Of a stretch of DNA of 64,000 nt, positions 10,260 through 18,675 are shown in pieces. The stretch comes from an uncultured Magnetococcales bacterium. Its GTDB lineage: Bacteria > Pseudomonadota > Alphaproteobacteria > UBA2136. Where the stretch lies: positions 127,396 through 191,395 of the forward strand of contig CAXBBG010000002.1 in NCBI GenBank assembly GCA_963974105.1. The letters run 5' to 3'. Within the stretch, counting starts at the first letter, position 1, and the number at the start of each line of letters is the position of its first letter. The notes below the pieces were generated by a model. The model was not told the DNA's origin. It did no database searches and saw nothing but the letters and a program-made list of their open reading frames with translations. Position numbers and translations under genes: made by a program.

Positions 10260-10657
10260 TGACCTTAACTCAATTTCAGAAATTATTTAATTTCCGACAA
10301 TTTATTTTATACTCATCAGTCGGGATTTTAAACACCATTGTAGGTGTTAGTTTTATGGCTTTGGGTGTTTACCTTGAATGGTCTTATGTGGCCTATACAT
10401 TACTTGGTTACAGCATTGCTTTTTGTGTTAGCTTTACCCTTAATTTTAAGGTTACATTTAAAGTTCAGGGCAAAACAAAAAAGAGAGCTATACGTTTTTT
10501 GTGCTTTAACCTTTTAAACCTAGCCTGTGCACAGGCCTTACAAATACTTCTTATTGAAAAATATGAGATTCAGGAATATGTTGCAGTTGCAGCTACCATG
10601 GTACTTTATACAATTGTTGGATTTATCGTTAATAAGAAATTTGTTTATAATGACTAA
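10259..10657 (+). CDS. GtrA family membrane protein (putative lipid-linked sugar translocation)
   Basis: 132 aa, 4 TM helices, N-terminal FRQFILYSSVGILNTIVGVSFMAL typical of GtrA. Its start overlaps the GT2 stop (TAATG). Confidence 0.8.
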   Translation: MTLTQFQKLFNFRQFILYSSVGILNTIVGVSFMALGVYLEWSYVAYTLLGYSIAFCVSFTLNFKVTFKVQGKTKKRAIRFLCFNLLNLACAQALQILLIEKYEIQEYVAVAATMVLYTIVGFIVNKKFVYND

Positions 10658-10670
10658 GAAAGATAAGAAT

Positions 10671-11372
10671 ATGCCTAAAAGTTACTTACTTACAGGTGCA
10701 ACATCTGGTATTGGACTTGCTATTTATAAGTCGCTTCATGAACAAGGTCATCATATTACCGTTGTTTTAAGAGATAAAAGACGCGCCGAAGTTTTGCCTT
10801 ATAGCCCGCAAAATATCATAGAGGCAGACTTTGCAAACCCTCTCCAAGTAGACAAATCCTTTAAAGGTTTTGATACACCTCTCGATGGTATTATAAATGC
10901 TGCAGGTATATTACAAGGGAACAGCATATTTGAAAGTACCCCCGAAACTTTAAGTGAGCTTTTCAATATTAATGTCATTAGCCCGATCTTGATGATTAAG
11001 CACACATCATCACAGCTAAGTAAAGGTGGGGCGGTAATTTTATTTGGTTCTATTTCTGGCCACAAAGGAAGTTATGATGATGCTTACGCAGCAAGTAAGG
11101 GTGCTATACATAGTTTAGTTCGCTCGCTCTCTTTAAAGTTAGCACCTAATGCACGAGTGGTGGGTATTGCCCCTGGAATGACTTTAAATACAGGGATGAC
11201 AAATAGCCTGATTGAGGGACGCTTGGAACATAATATTAAACTTATCCCTATGCAACTTGCCGGAGACCCAGGAGACATTGCAAGCCTAACAAATTATATC
11301 CTCAGTGATGAGGCTCAATTTATGACTGGAAATGTTATAGATATTAATGGAGGGCAATACCTTAGATCATGA
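10671..11372 (+). CDS. SDR family NAD(P)-dependent oxidoreductase
   Basis: LLTGATSGIGLAI (TGxxxGxG), NAAG, and catalytic S...YAASK. The track ORF from 10527 is an out-of-gene extension overlapping gtrA. The start is ATG 10671 (MPKSY) or ATG 10650 (8-nt overlap with gtrA). Confidence 0.85.
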   Translation: MPKSYLLTGATSGIGLAIYKSLHEQGHHITVVLRDKRRAEVLPYSPQNIIEADFANPLQVDKSFKGFDTPLDGIINAAGILQGNSIFESTPETLSELFNINVISPILMIKHTSSQLSKGGAVILFGSISGHKGSYDDAYAASKGAIHSLVRSLSLKLAPNARVVGIAPGMTLNTGMTNSLIEGRLEHNIKLIPMQLAGDPGDIASLTNYILSDEAQFMTGNVIDINGGQYLRS

Positions 11373-12478
11373 GTACAAATTTTGATATTGCTATTGTTGG
11401 CGGCGGGTTGTACGGTTGTAGAACGGCAATACTTCTTGCCCAAAAAGGAAAAAAAGTTGTTCTTCTTGAGCAAGAAAACTCTCTTTTAAGTCGCGCAAGT
11501 CGCAATAACCAATCTCGGATTCACAATGGCTACCATTACCCACGTAGCTTAATGACGGCTATTGGTTCTCACCGTAATTATGAAAGATTTAAAACAGATT
11601 ATTCTGCATGTGTGGTTGATGACTTTAAGCACATTTATGCCATTGCTGGGCATACATCTAAAATTAACCCTTATCAATTCAAATCATTTTGCAACGTTGT
11701 AGGCATACCTTTGTCTGAACCTACAAAACTACAACGAGGTCTTTTTGATTTTAATCGGATAGATGAAATATTCATTGCCGAAGAGGCCTCTATTAATACA
11801 GATATGTTTAGTGATATTGTTACTAAACAAGTGGAAGCTGAACCTAATATTACGATACACTTAAACAAATCATGTACACGTGTACATGTGGAAAACTCGT
11901 ATGTATGCTTGAAAAACTCAGGCGAAGATATTAAAGCAGGCGGTGTTATTATAGCTACCTATGCAAACCTGAACAACTTCCTAATTAGTAGTGACCTTAA
12001 ACCCCTTGGCTTGAAATTAGAACTTACTGAAATGCCTCTTATTAAACGTCCTCAAGATCTACAACAAACTGGAATAACGGTAATGGATGGCGCATTCTTT
12101 TCTGTAATGCCATTCGGTGGAGAGGGGTATGCAACTTTAAGTCATGTACACTATACACCTCACGCTTCTGCTCTAGCTGGCAAAGGCGATGCTTATAAAG
12201 CTTTAGAAAATTATAAGCAGAGCCACGGATCTCATTTCCCTTTCATGCGAAATGATGCCGCACGTTATATACCTAGTATGCGACAAGCAGAATACATAGA
12301 TACTATTTTCGAGGTTAAGGCTATTCCAGTTAAAAATGAATTAGATGATGGCCGACCTATTCTTATATGTGAGCATGTCGGAGCACTTGGAGGGGCTGAA
12401 CCATTCGTTGTTTCTTTGCTAGGTTCAAAGCTTGATACTATTTATGAGTGGGAATTGGCCCTGAATGAAAAATATTAA
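11369..12478 (+). CDS. FAD-dependent oxidoreductase (DAO-type Rossmann fold)
   Basis: 369 aa; N-terminal DIAIVGGGLYGCRTAILLAQKGKKVVLLEQ dinucleotide-binding motif. ATGA overlap with the SDR stop. Confidence 0.8.
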   Translation: MSTNFDIAIVGGGLYGCRTAILLAQKGKKVVLLEQENSLLSRASRNNQSRIHNGYHYPRSLMTAIGSHRNYERFKTDYSACVVDDFKHIYAIAGHTSKINPYQFKSFCNVVGIPLSEPTKLQRGLFDFNRIDEIFIAEEASINTDMFSDIVTKQVEAEPNITIHLNKSCTRVHVENSYVCLKNSGEDIKAGGVIIATYANLNNFLISSDLKPLGLKLELTEMPLIKRPQDLQQTGITVMDGAFFSVMPFGGEGYATLSHVHYTPHASALAGKGDAYKALENYKQSHGSHFPFMRNDAARYIPSMRQAEYIDTIFEVKAIPVKNELDDGRPILICEHVGALGGAEPFVVSLLGSKLDTIYEWELALNEKY

Positions 12479-12728
12479 TTTATGCAATTTATTTTTAGCT
12501 CGGTAATGTTAAGGCGTCACATATGGCTATTTTTTTACGGTATAAAAGAGCCTCGTCTTTAAGTGTTTCTTGCTTGAATACAACTACCTTCTTTTCATCC
12601 ATAAGAACAGTAATGTTCTGTTGAGCAGGGTTAGCGCATAAATGCAAGGTGAACCATTCTTAATAAATTCACATTTGCATTAAAAAAAACTCTAAAGATA
12701 AGTCGTATAAATCTTTTATGCTGAGGCG

Positions 12729-13625
12729 TTACCAAGGCAGGTCTTTACCTGTCTCAGTCAGCATCTCTAAAAACAAACGAACACGGGTAGATAAATGCCT
12801 GTTTTGGGGGAATATTGCATAGATACCCCCACCAGATAAAATTTCATATTCTGGTAATATATGTATTAACTCGCCTGATTTAATGTACTTCGAAACCATG
12901 AATATTGGCAGGGCGCAAATACCAACATTTTGTAGGCAGCTTGCTAATAACATTTCACCGTTATTTGCTTTTAAACATGGATTTAATACAATGCTTCCAT
13001 TTTTATTTTCATATTTGTATGCCCATGCTGTATTTTGGGAATGCTTTGTAAATATAAGAGTTTTATGGTCTTTAAGCTGCTCTATGTTTTTTGGTTTACC
13101 ATATTTTGTTAGGTATTTAGGTGTCGCACAAATAAGTACAGGGCAATCAGCAATTTTCCTTGAGATGAAAGATGAGTCTTCAAGCGACCCTATACGCACA
13201 GCGAGGTCGTAACTCTCAGCTAGAATATCCACTTTACGATCATCAAAATCCACTTCTAATTTTACATCTGGGTATTTGTTTGCAAAGTCAGCTATAGGCT
13301 TTGTCATATACTGAAGGCCAAAAGACATGGGTATGCTAACTTTTAATATACCAGTTGGACAAGTTTTCATTTCTTGAATGAAATTTTCAGCTTCTTGTAG
13401 GTCGCTAATGGCACGGTGAGCGCGCTCCTGATAAATGGCACCTTCCTCTGTTAGAGTGACATTTCTGGTTGTTCTTTGAAATAGAGTAACGTCTAGCCTG
13501 TTTTCAAGTTTTTGTATTTGTTTGCTAATGGCTGACCCTGTCATGCCAAGTTCTTTCCCCGCTTTAGAAAAGTTGTGATGTTTAGCAACTGCCAAGAATA
13601 TACTGATACGTGAAATGTTATCCAT
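12729..13625 (-). CDS. LysR family transcriptional regulator
   Basis: 298 aa; N-terminal HTH FLAVAKHHNFSKAGKELGMTGSAISKQIQKLENRL plus a LysR substrate-binding domain. Divergent from the cytochrome b561 operon. Confidence 0.9.
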   Translation of the reverse strand: MDNISRISIFLAVAKHHNFSKAGKELGMTGSAISKQIQKLENRLDVTLFQRTTRNVTLTEEGAIYQERAHRAISDLQEAENFIQEMKTCPTGILKVSIPMSFGLQYMTKPIADFANKYPDVKLEVDFDDRKVDILAESYDLAVRIGSLEDSSFISRKIADCPVLICATPKYLTKYGKPKNIEQLKDHKTLIFTKHSQNTAWAYKYENKNGSIVLNPCLKANNGEMLLASCLQNVGICALPIFMVSKYIKSGELIHILPEYEILSGGGIYAIFPQNRHLSTRVRLFLEMLTETGKDLPW

Positions 13626-13665
13626 TTAAGTCCCTTTTGGAATGAATTATGTTCCGTTTGTCTAT

Positions 13666-13695
13666 ATTGTAAACTAAATGTAAGTTTATTACAAT
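13666..13695. promoter_or_regulatory. Inverted repeat ATTGTAA-N16-TTACAAT in the lysR / b561 divergent region; candidate LTTR site
   Basis: Read directly. The position between divergent genes fits a LysR-type autoregulated operator; the spacing is not the classical T-N11-A. Confidence 0.2.
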
Positions 13696-13742
13696 TTATT
13701 ATGAAGTTAAAGTTTATGAAATTATTTGGAGTTACTTGCGAT

Positions 13743-14297
13743 ATGAAGTGGAAAAACAGCCAAAAAACATGGGGAGGTGTCTCAATTACTTTGCATTGGG
13801 TAACGGCCTTAACGGTGGTTGGTTTATTTTGTCTTGGATTGTGGATGACTGACTTAACTTACTACAGCGATTGGTATAAAACGGCACCATTTATTCATAA
13901 GAGCATAGGTGGGTTGTTATTTATTGTTATGTTATTTAGGCTGCTATGGCGCATGACTGATAATAAGCCTAAACCTTTAGCAACGCATACTAAAAGTGAG
14001 AGAATAATGGCTCATTTAGCTCATATAGCCCTATATGTTCTTATTTTTGCTATTTTTATAAGTGGTTACTTAATCTCAACGGCCGACGGCCGAGCTATTA
14101 GTGTTTTCAATTTATTTGAAGTGCCGGCCTTGCCCTTTGCTTTCGATAAACAAGAAGATATAGCAGGATTTATACACTACTACCTTGCACTTGGTGTTAT
14201 CGCTTTAGCATCACTTCACGGATTTGCAGCACTTAAACATCACTTTGTAGATAAAGACAATACGCTTAATCGCATGATTGGCCGTATGAAAAAATAA
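13743..14297 (+). CDS. Cytochrome b561 family protein (CybB/YceJ-like)
   Basis: 4 TM helices with conserved His (ITLHWVTAL, ...HIALYVL, ...LHGFAALKHH). The track ORF starts at 13701; the internal ATG at 13743 (MKWKNSQK) fits the family length better. Confidence 0.8.
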   Translation: MKWKNSQKTWGGVSITLHWVTALTVVGLFCLGLWMTDLTYYSDWYKTAPFIHKSIGGLLFIVMLFRLLWRMTDNKPKPLATHTKSERIMAHLAHIALYVLIFAIFISGYLISTADGRAISVFNLFEVPALPFAFDKQEDIAGFIHYYLALGVIALASLHGFAALKHHFVDKDNTLNRMIGRMKK

Positions 14298-14322
14298 TTA
14301 AATTATAATAGGAGAATACTCA

Positions 14323-14895
14323 ATGAAAAAGACATTTTTATATACACTACTCGCAGCATCAATAATGGTACCTTCAGCCTATGCTGACCAATATCAAATT
14401 GACACCAAAGGTGCCCATGCTTTTATAGAATTTAAAATTAAACACCTGGGATATAGCTGGTTGTCAGGACGCTTTAACACCTTTGACGGTTCGTTTACAT
14501 ATAGCAAAAAAGATATGAAAACATTAACTGCAACAGTTAACATTGACCCATCAAGTATTGATAGTAATCACGCTGAACGTGATAAGCATTTACGTAGCGA
14601 AGATTTTCTTGCAGTGAAGTCTTTTCCAAAATCTTCTTTCGTAAGCACCTCGTATAAAGAAATAGATGAAAATACAGGTGTGATGACAGGTGACTTAACA
14701 TTACGCGGTGTCACAAAATCCGTCGACCTTACTGTGAATCGTATAGGCGAAGGCAATGACCCTTGGGGTGGCTACCGTGCTGGGTTTACAGGTTCAACAA
14801 CTTTAACGCTCAAAGATTATGGCATTGATTATGACCTAGGCCCTGCGTCAACTCAAGTTGAGATGACTTTGCATGTAGAAGGTATTTATCAATAA
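14323..14895 (+). CDS. yceI: YceI family periplasmic polyisoprenoid-binding protein
   Basis: 190 aa with a signal peptide; HAFIEFKIKHLGYSWLSGRF and SNHAERDKHLRSEDFL are YceI signatures. The b561-yceI pairing is classical. Confidence 0.88.
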   Translation: MKKTFLYTLLAASIMVPSAYADQYQIDTKGAHAFIEFKIKHLGYSWLSGRFNTFDGSFTYSKKDMKTLTATVNIDPSSIDSNHAERDKHLRSEDFLAVKSFPKSSFVSTSYKEIDENTGVMTGDLTLRGVTKSVDLTVNRIGEGNDPWGGYRAGFTGSTTLTLKDYGIDYDLGPASTQVEMTLHVEGIYQ

Positions 14896-14920
14896 GGGAC
14901 CTGAATCAAGGAATAATATT

Positions 14921-15874
14921 ATGGGACTATTAATAGAAGGCAAATGGCACGACCAGTGGTATGACACCAAAAAAACTGGCGGGAAATTTGAAAGAAAAGA
15001 ATCAGCATTTAGGGATTTTATAGGTACAGATAAATTTCCTGCTGAAGCGGGGAGGTATCACCTATATATCTCCCATGCTTGCCCTTGGGCACACCGTACG
15101 GCAATTTTCCGTAAGCTAAAAGGCTTAGAGGATATTATCCCAATGACTGTGGTCGATGCTTATATGGGTGAAAACGGTTGGAGCTTGAATGAAAGCGGTG
15201 ATCCTTTAAATGGTAAGGAATTTGCGTATGAGCTTTATACTTTAGCAGACTCTAACTATACAGGTCGCGTTACCGTACCGATATTATGGGATACTAAAAC
15301 AAAGACAATCGTGAACAATGAATCTTCTGAAATTATCCGTATGTTTAACACGGCTTTTAATAAATTGACGGGCAATGAAGATGATTATTATCCGTCGGCT
15401 TTGCGTAGTGAAATAGACGATATAAATGACTTTATATACAGCACAATAAATAACGGTGTTTACAAGGCTGGCTTTGCGACAGAACAAAGTGTTTATAACG
15501 AAGAGGTTACTAAACTCTTTGACGCATTAGATGTCATAGAGCAAAAGCTATCGCATCAACGTTACCTTTTGGCTGATACTATAACAGAAGCTGATTGGCG
15601 TTTGTTTACGACGCTTGTTAGGTTTGACCCTGTCTATGTTGGTCATTTTAAATGCAATATAAAACGCATAGCTGACTATCCAAATATTTCAAATTATGTG
15701 CGAGATCTTTATCAAATTGAAGGCGTGGCTGATACGGTTAATATGCAGCATATTAAAACACATTATTATACGAGCCATGCAACTATAAATCCAACTTCAA
15801 TTATACCTATTGGCCCAGAACTTAACTATGGACAAGCCCATGACCGTACCAGGTTTAGCAAGGAGGTGGCTTAG
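14921..15874 (+). CDS. yqjG: Glutathionyl-hydroquinone reductase (Xi-class GST, YqjG/ECM4-like)
   Basis: 317 aa; GRYHLYISHACPWAHRTAIFRKLKGLE contains the CPWA active-site motif of Xi-class GSTs. Confidence 0.88.
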   Translation: MGLLIEGKWHDQWYDTKKTGGKFERKESAFRDFIGTDKFPAEAGRYHLYISHACPWAHRTAIFRKLKGLEDIIPMTVVDAYMGENGWSLNESGDPLNGKEFAYELYTLADSNYTGRVTVPILWDTKTKTIVNNESSEIIRMFNTAFNKLTGNEDDYYPSALRSEIDDINDFIYSTINNGVYKAGFATEQSVYNEEVTKLFDALDVIEQKLSHQRYLLADTITEADWRLFTTLVRFDPVYVGHFKCNIKRIADYPNISNYVRDLYQIEGVADTVNMQHIKTHYYTSHATINPTSIIPIGPELNYGQAHDRTRFSKEVA

Positions 15875-16576
15875 ATGATAAAAGTTCAAAAATTTAAAGA
15901 TTTAGGTGAAATGAAGATTTCTTGGTTACATGCAAGGTATCACTTCAGCTTTGCAAATTATTATAACCCCAACCGCATGGGCTTTGGTCAATTGCTTGTT
16001 GTGAATGACGACATTGTCCGTGCTGGTGGTGGTTTTGATACTCATCCGCACAGAGATATGGAAATTATCACCTATGTTCGCAAAGGTGCTATTACCCATA
16101 GAGATAGTGAAGGAAATGAAGGGCGCACAGCCGCTGGTGATGTTCAGGTGATGAGCGCAGGTACAGGTGTTTATCATTCTGAATATAACTTAGAAAGTGA
16201 AGACACAAGCCTTTATCAAATATGGATAAAACCATATAAAAAAGGAGTGAAACCCAGCTGGGCCGCTGTTAAATTCCCTAAAAATACCAGTGAGGATGAA
16301 TTGCCTCTGCTTGTTTCTGGCCGCATAGAAGACTCTGACAAAGACGTGCTTCATATCAACCAATACGCATCAATATATGGCGGTAAAATTGCGAGTTGTA
16401 AAAGTATAAAACATAGAATTAAAAATCAGGCGTACATTCTTGTCTCTGATGGTGAGGTAAAGATCAATGGTAATCTTCTTCGTAAAGGTGACGCATGTGA
16501 AGTTGTGGATGAAAGATATATTGAAATAAAAACGGTTACACATAGTGAAATTTTATTGATTGATGTTCCAGAGTAA
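15875..16576 (+). CDS. Pirin family protein (YhhW-like)
   Basis: 233 aa; GGGFDTHPHRDMEIITYV and GTGVYHSEYN cupin metal-binding motifs. The start abuts the yqjG stop. Confidence 0.9.
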   Translation: MIKVQKFKDLGEMKISWLHARYHFSFANYYNPNRMGFGQLLVVNDDIVRAGGGFDTHPHRDMEIITYVRKGAITHRDSEGNEGRTAAGDVQVMSAGTGVYHSEYNLESEDTSLYQIWIKPYKKGVKPSWAAVKFPKNTSEDELPLLVSGRIEDSDKDVLHINQYASIYGGKIASCKSIKHRIKNQAYILVSDGEVKINGNLLRKGDACEVVDERYIEIKTVTHSEILLIDVPE

Positions 16577-16789
16577 CGAGCATTTTCTGTTTTTTTATAC
16601 ATGCTACCCTTGTTTGGTTGATTATGGTTTGATGAATCAAAACATAATTATGAAGCTCTAGCCTTACAACACCTTTAGGAGTGTCTGAAATAAGCAGTCC
16701 TGTGTCAATTAAACCTTTTAATGCCATCCTTGCTCTCACGGTCTTTATAGCCTGAAAGAGTAGGGATGACAAGCTATGAAGATTGCATA

Positions 16790-16817
16790 AAAAAAGCCCT
16801 CAAATGAGGGCTTTTTG
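16790..16817. terminator. Bidirectional rho-independent terminator
   Basis: AAAAAAGCCCTC-AAAT-GAGGGCTTTTT. The hairpin is flanked by an A-run and a T-run, 14 nt beyond the stop of the minus-strand 3-gene operon. Confidence 0.8.
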
Positions 16818-16830
16818 TCGATAGAAGGTG

Positions 16831-17883
16831 TTAACCTTCATTTTTAAGTGCATCGTTTTCACGATGTTCTTTGTTTGGTGCGACGCCATCGCTGGTTTCC
16901 CAGTCATTGTCGAGCGCAGGGCTCTCAAGTTTGGAACCTTGCTCACCTTTTTTACCGGCTTGAGCCTCTATTTCCTCACGTGAACTACCATTCACAGGTA
17001 AGGTAATGCTTAACCCGCTACCAGGACGCATACCTTTGCCTTTACCAGAGCTTTCTCCATCAGCTTCACCCTTTTCTTTGGCCTTTTTCATGGCTTCAAT
17101 TTGTTGCTTCATAATTTCTTTGCCTAAACCGTCTAACGCTTTTTTAGCATCGCTGGTTTTGTCTAAAGAGTCCTCTGACTTTGCCATTTCTTTGGCAAGA
17201 TCCTCCTTCTCTTTCTCTGTCATTTTCGACAAAGCGTCTATGGCATTGATTTTATCAAGCATATCTTTTTGTTTTTTGAGCTTATTGTACCATTGGCGTA
17301 CTTCCTTTTGCTCCTGAGCTTCGCGTTGTTCTCGCTTTTGCTGTTTTGCCTTTTCTTGAGGGGACTGCTTACTTGGGTCTTTTTCTTTAACCTTTTTAGG
17401 TTTTGGAAAAATATCAAACGCACAATAATGTTCCTCATCAGAGCCAGCACCTTCAAACGCTTTAACACGGATCCGTAAAACGCCTTCTTGAAGCTTTATA
17501 TCCTGTAAAGGGAAATAATATCGCTTCAGTTTTGGGAATTTTGCCATAGCAGGTTCACCATTTATAAGCATTGGCTTTCCTGTTGCTGGATCCACTACTT
17601 GTTTAAATTCATAAAGGATGTCGCCATCGGCATTGCGGTCAAAAACTTCACATTGCATGTCAGCTTTACCAATATATGCACGCTCTAATACGCGCGGATA
17701 TACCAGAATGCTAGCCAGCAATATGCAGCTCATAACTATAATGGCAGCATTTGCTTTGGTGCCTTTTACTTGGGACATATTCGCCGAAAGAAAAGCAACC
17801 ATAGATAAAATTACCGTACACCCAACAACAACAATTAAAGTGTTGACGCTGATGTATTCGGCAATGCTATTAAAAAAGTCCAT
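16831..17883 (-). CDS. Hypothetical membrane protein: 2 N-terminal TM helices, small Cys-containing domain, long Lys/Glu-rich helical region (TolA-like architecture)
   Basis: 350 aa. TM helices at about aa 15-34 and 46-63, and a ~95-aa domain with 2 Cys. A highly charged stretch follows (KPKKVKEKDPSKQSPQEKAKQQKREQREAQEQKE...EAMKKAKEKGE), then a Gly/Ser-rich and acidic tail. Third gene of the MotA-like operon. Confidence 0.6.
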   Translation of the reverse strand: MDFFNSIAEYISVNTLIVVVGCTVILSMVAFLSANMSQVKGTKANAAIIVMSCILLASILVYPRVLERAYIGKADMQCEVFDRNADGDILYEFKQVVDPATGKPMLINGEPAMAKFPKLKRYYFPLQDIKLQEGVLRIRVKAFEGAGSDEEHYCAFDIFPKPKKVKEKDPSKQSPQEKAKQQKREQREAQEQKEVRQWYNKLKKQKDMLDKINAIDALSKMTEKEKEDLAKEMAKSEDSLDKTSDAKKALDGLGKEIMKQQIEAMKKAKEKGEADGESSGKGKGMRPGSGLSITLPVNGSSREEIEAQAGKKGEQGSKLESPALDNDWETSDGVAPNKEHRENDALKNEG

Positions 17884-17934
17884 AATAGAACCTCGTATAG
17901 TATTGAATTAAAATAATGATGGGTTTATAGATGT

Positions 17935-18675
17935 TTAAGGCCCAGGAGGGCGCGAAAATTGTTTAATGTCTTGCTGCACAATTTCTTCTTGTGAGCCTTC
18001 AACAAAATTTCCATGTTGTATTTGAAATTGGCAAACGGTAATTTCTTGACCTTTATGGGTTAGTTGAGCAGCGCTGTCATGCGCAGCTTCTAAATTACAA
18101 ACCAGTCTTTCTTTACCGCGTAAGCCTTTAAATACAGTAACTTGAACATCGGCGCAAATTTTACCTGCAGTAACTAATTCTTTTTTGTCAGCGTAAAGGT
18201 GAAGGTTGATATAATACCAGCCATCCGTTAAATGGTTCAACGCAGAGGTAATAATCTCTTTGTTGGTTTCAGCCATTTCTTTACCATCAGAATTACCTAT
18301 TACAGGCTCAGTGCCAGAATAACCTTTGTCGTCACGGTCCAAAACAAAGTAACGTGTTTTACGGTCAGGGGTGTTAAAACCTAAAATATCGGTAATTTCA
18401 CCGTTTGGCGTGTTAAACTTACCCATAATATAGGTGTCAACATCGGCTTTTGAATAGCCAGGTATGCGGTCACCTTTTAAGCAGGTGTCCCAAACAACTG
18501 TTACCTTTAAGGCATCATATTCAGGTACTTTTGTAATGGCTTTTGTACTTACAATAATAAGCAACAAAACGGCAGCTACAATAAAGATGAATGCAATACC
18601 AAAGGTAAGGTCATTTAAAACTTGGCTTGTTTGCAGGCCAGACCGATTGCTTGATTGATGACGATTACGTTTCAT
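17935..18675 (-). CDS. MotB/ExbD/TolR-like single-pass membrane protein (Asp-bearing TM) with an unrecognised periplasmic domain
   Basis: 246 aa. A basic N-terminus is followed by VLNDLTFGIAFIFIVAAVLLLIIV, with Asp22 at the cytoplasmic edge of the only TM helix, as in MotB (ADFMTAMMAFF) and ExbD/TolR. The remaining ~195 aa has 4 Cys and none of the OmpA-like or TolR-like motifs I can recognise. 11-nt overlap with the upstream MotA-like gene. Confidence 0.6.
   Translation of the reverse strand: MKRNRHQSSNRSGLQTSQVLNDLTFGIAFIFIVAAVLLLIIVSTKAITKVPEYDALKVTVVWDTCLKGDRIPGYSKADVDTYIMGKFNTPNGEITDILGFNTPDRKTRYFVLDRDDKGYSGTEPVIGNSDGKEMAETNKEIITSALNHLTDGWYYINLHLYADKKELVTAGKICADVQVTVFKGLRGKERLVCNLEAAHDSAAQLTHKGQEITVCQFQIQHGNFVEGSQEEIVQQDIKQFSRPPGP

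Noticed and set aside
10527-10670. N-terminal 48-aa extension of the SDR ORF
   Set aside because: It overlaps the 3' end of gtrA in another frame. The SDR family N-terminus (TGxxxGxG) begins right after the Met at 10671.
16536-16772. 78-aa minus-strand ORF between pirin and the bidirectional terminator
   Set aside because: It overlaps the pirin 3' end, has no SD, and lies downstream of a terminator with no promoter. The stretch ALKGLIDTGLLISDTPKGVVRLEL faintly resembles a winged-helix (MarR-like) wing, so it may be a gene relic, but that is not supportable as a feature.
17006-17911. Plus-strand ORFs (17006..17317, 17269..17478, 17618..17911) and minus ORF 17238..17468
   Set aside because: All lie inside the 350-aa minus-strand gene. 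They are artefacts of its low-complexity Lys/Glu-rich (AAG/GAA) coding sequence.
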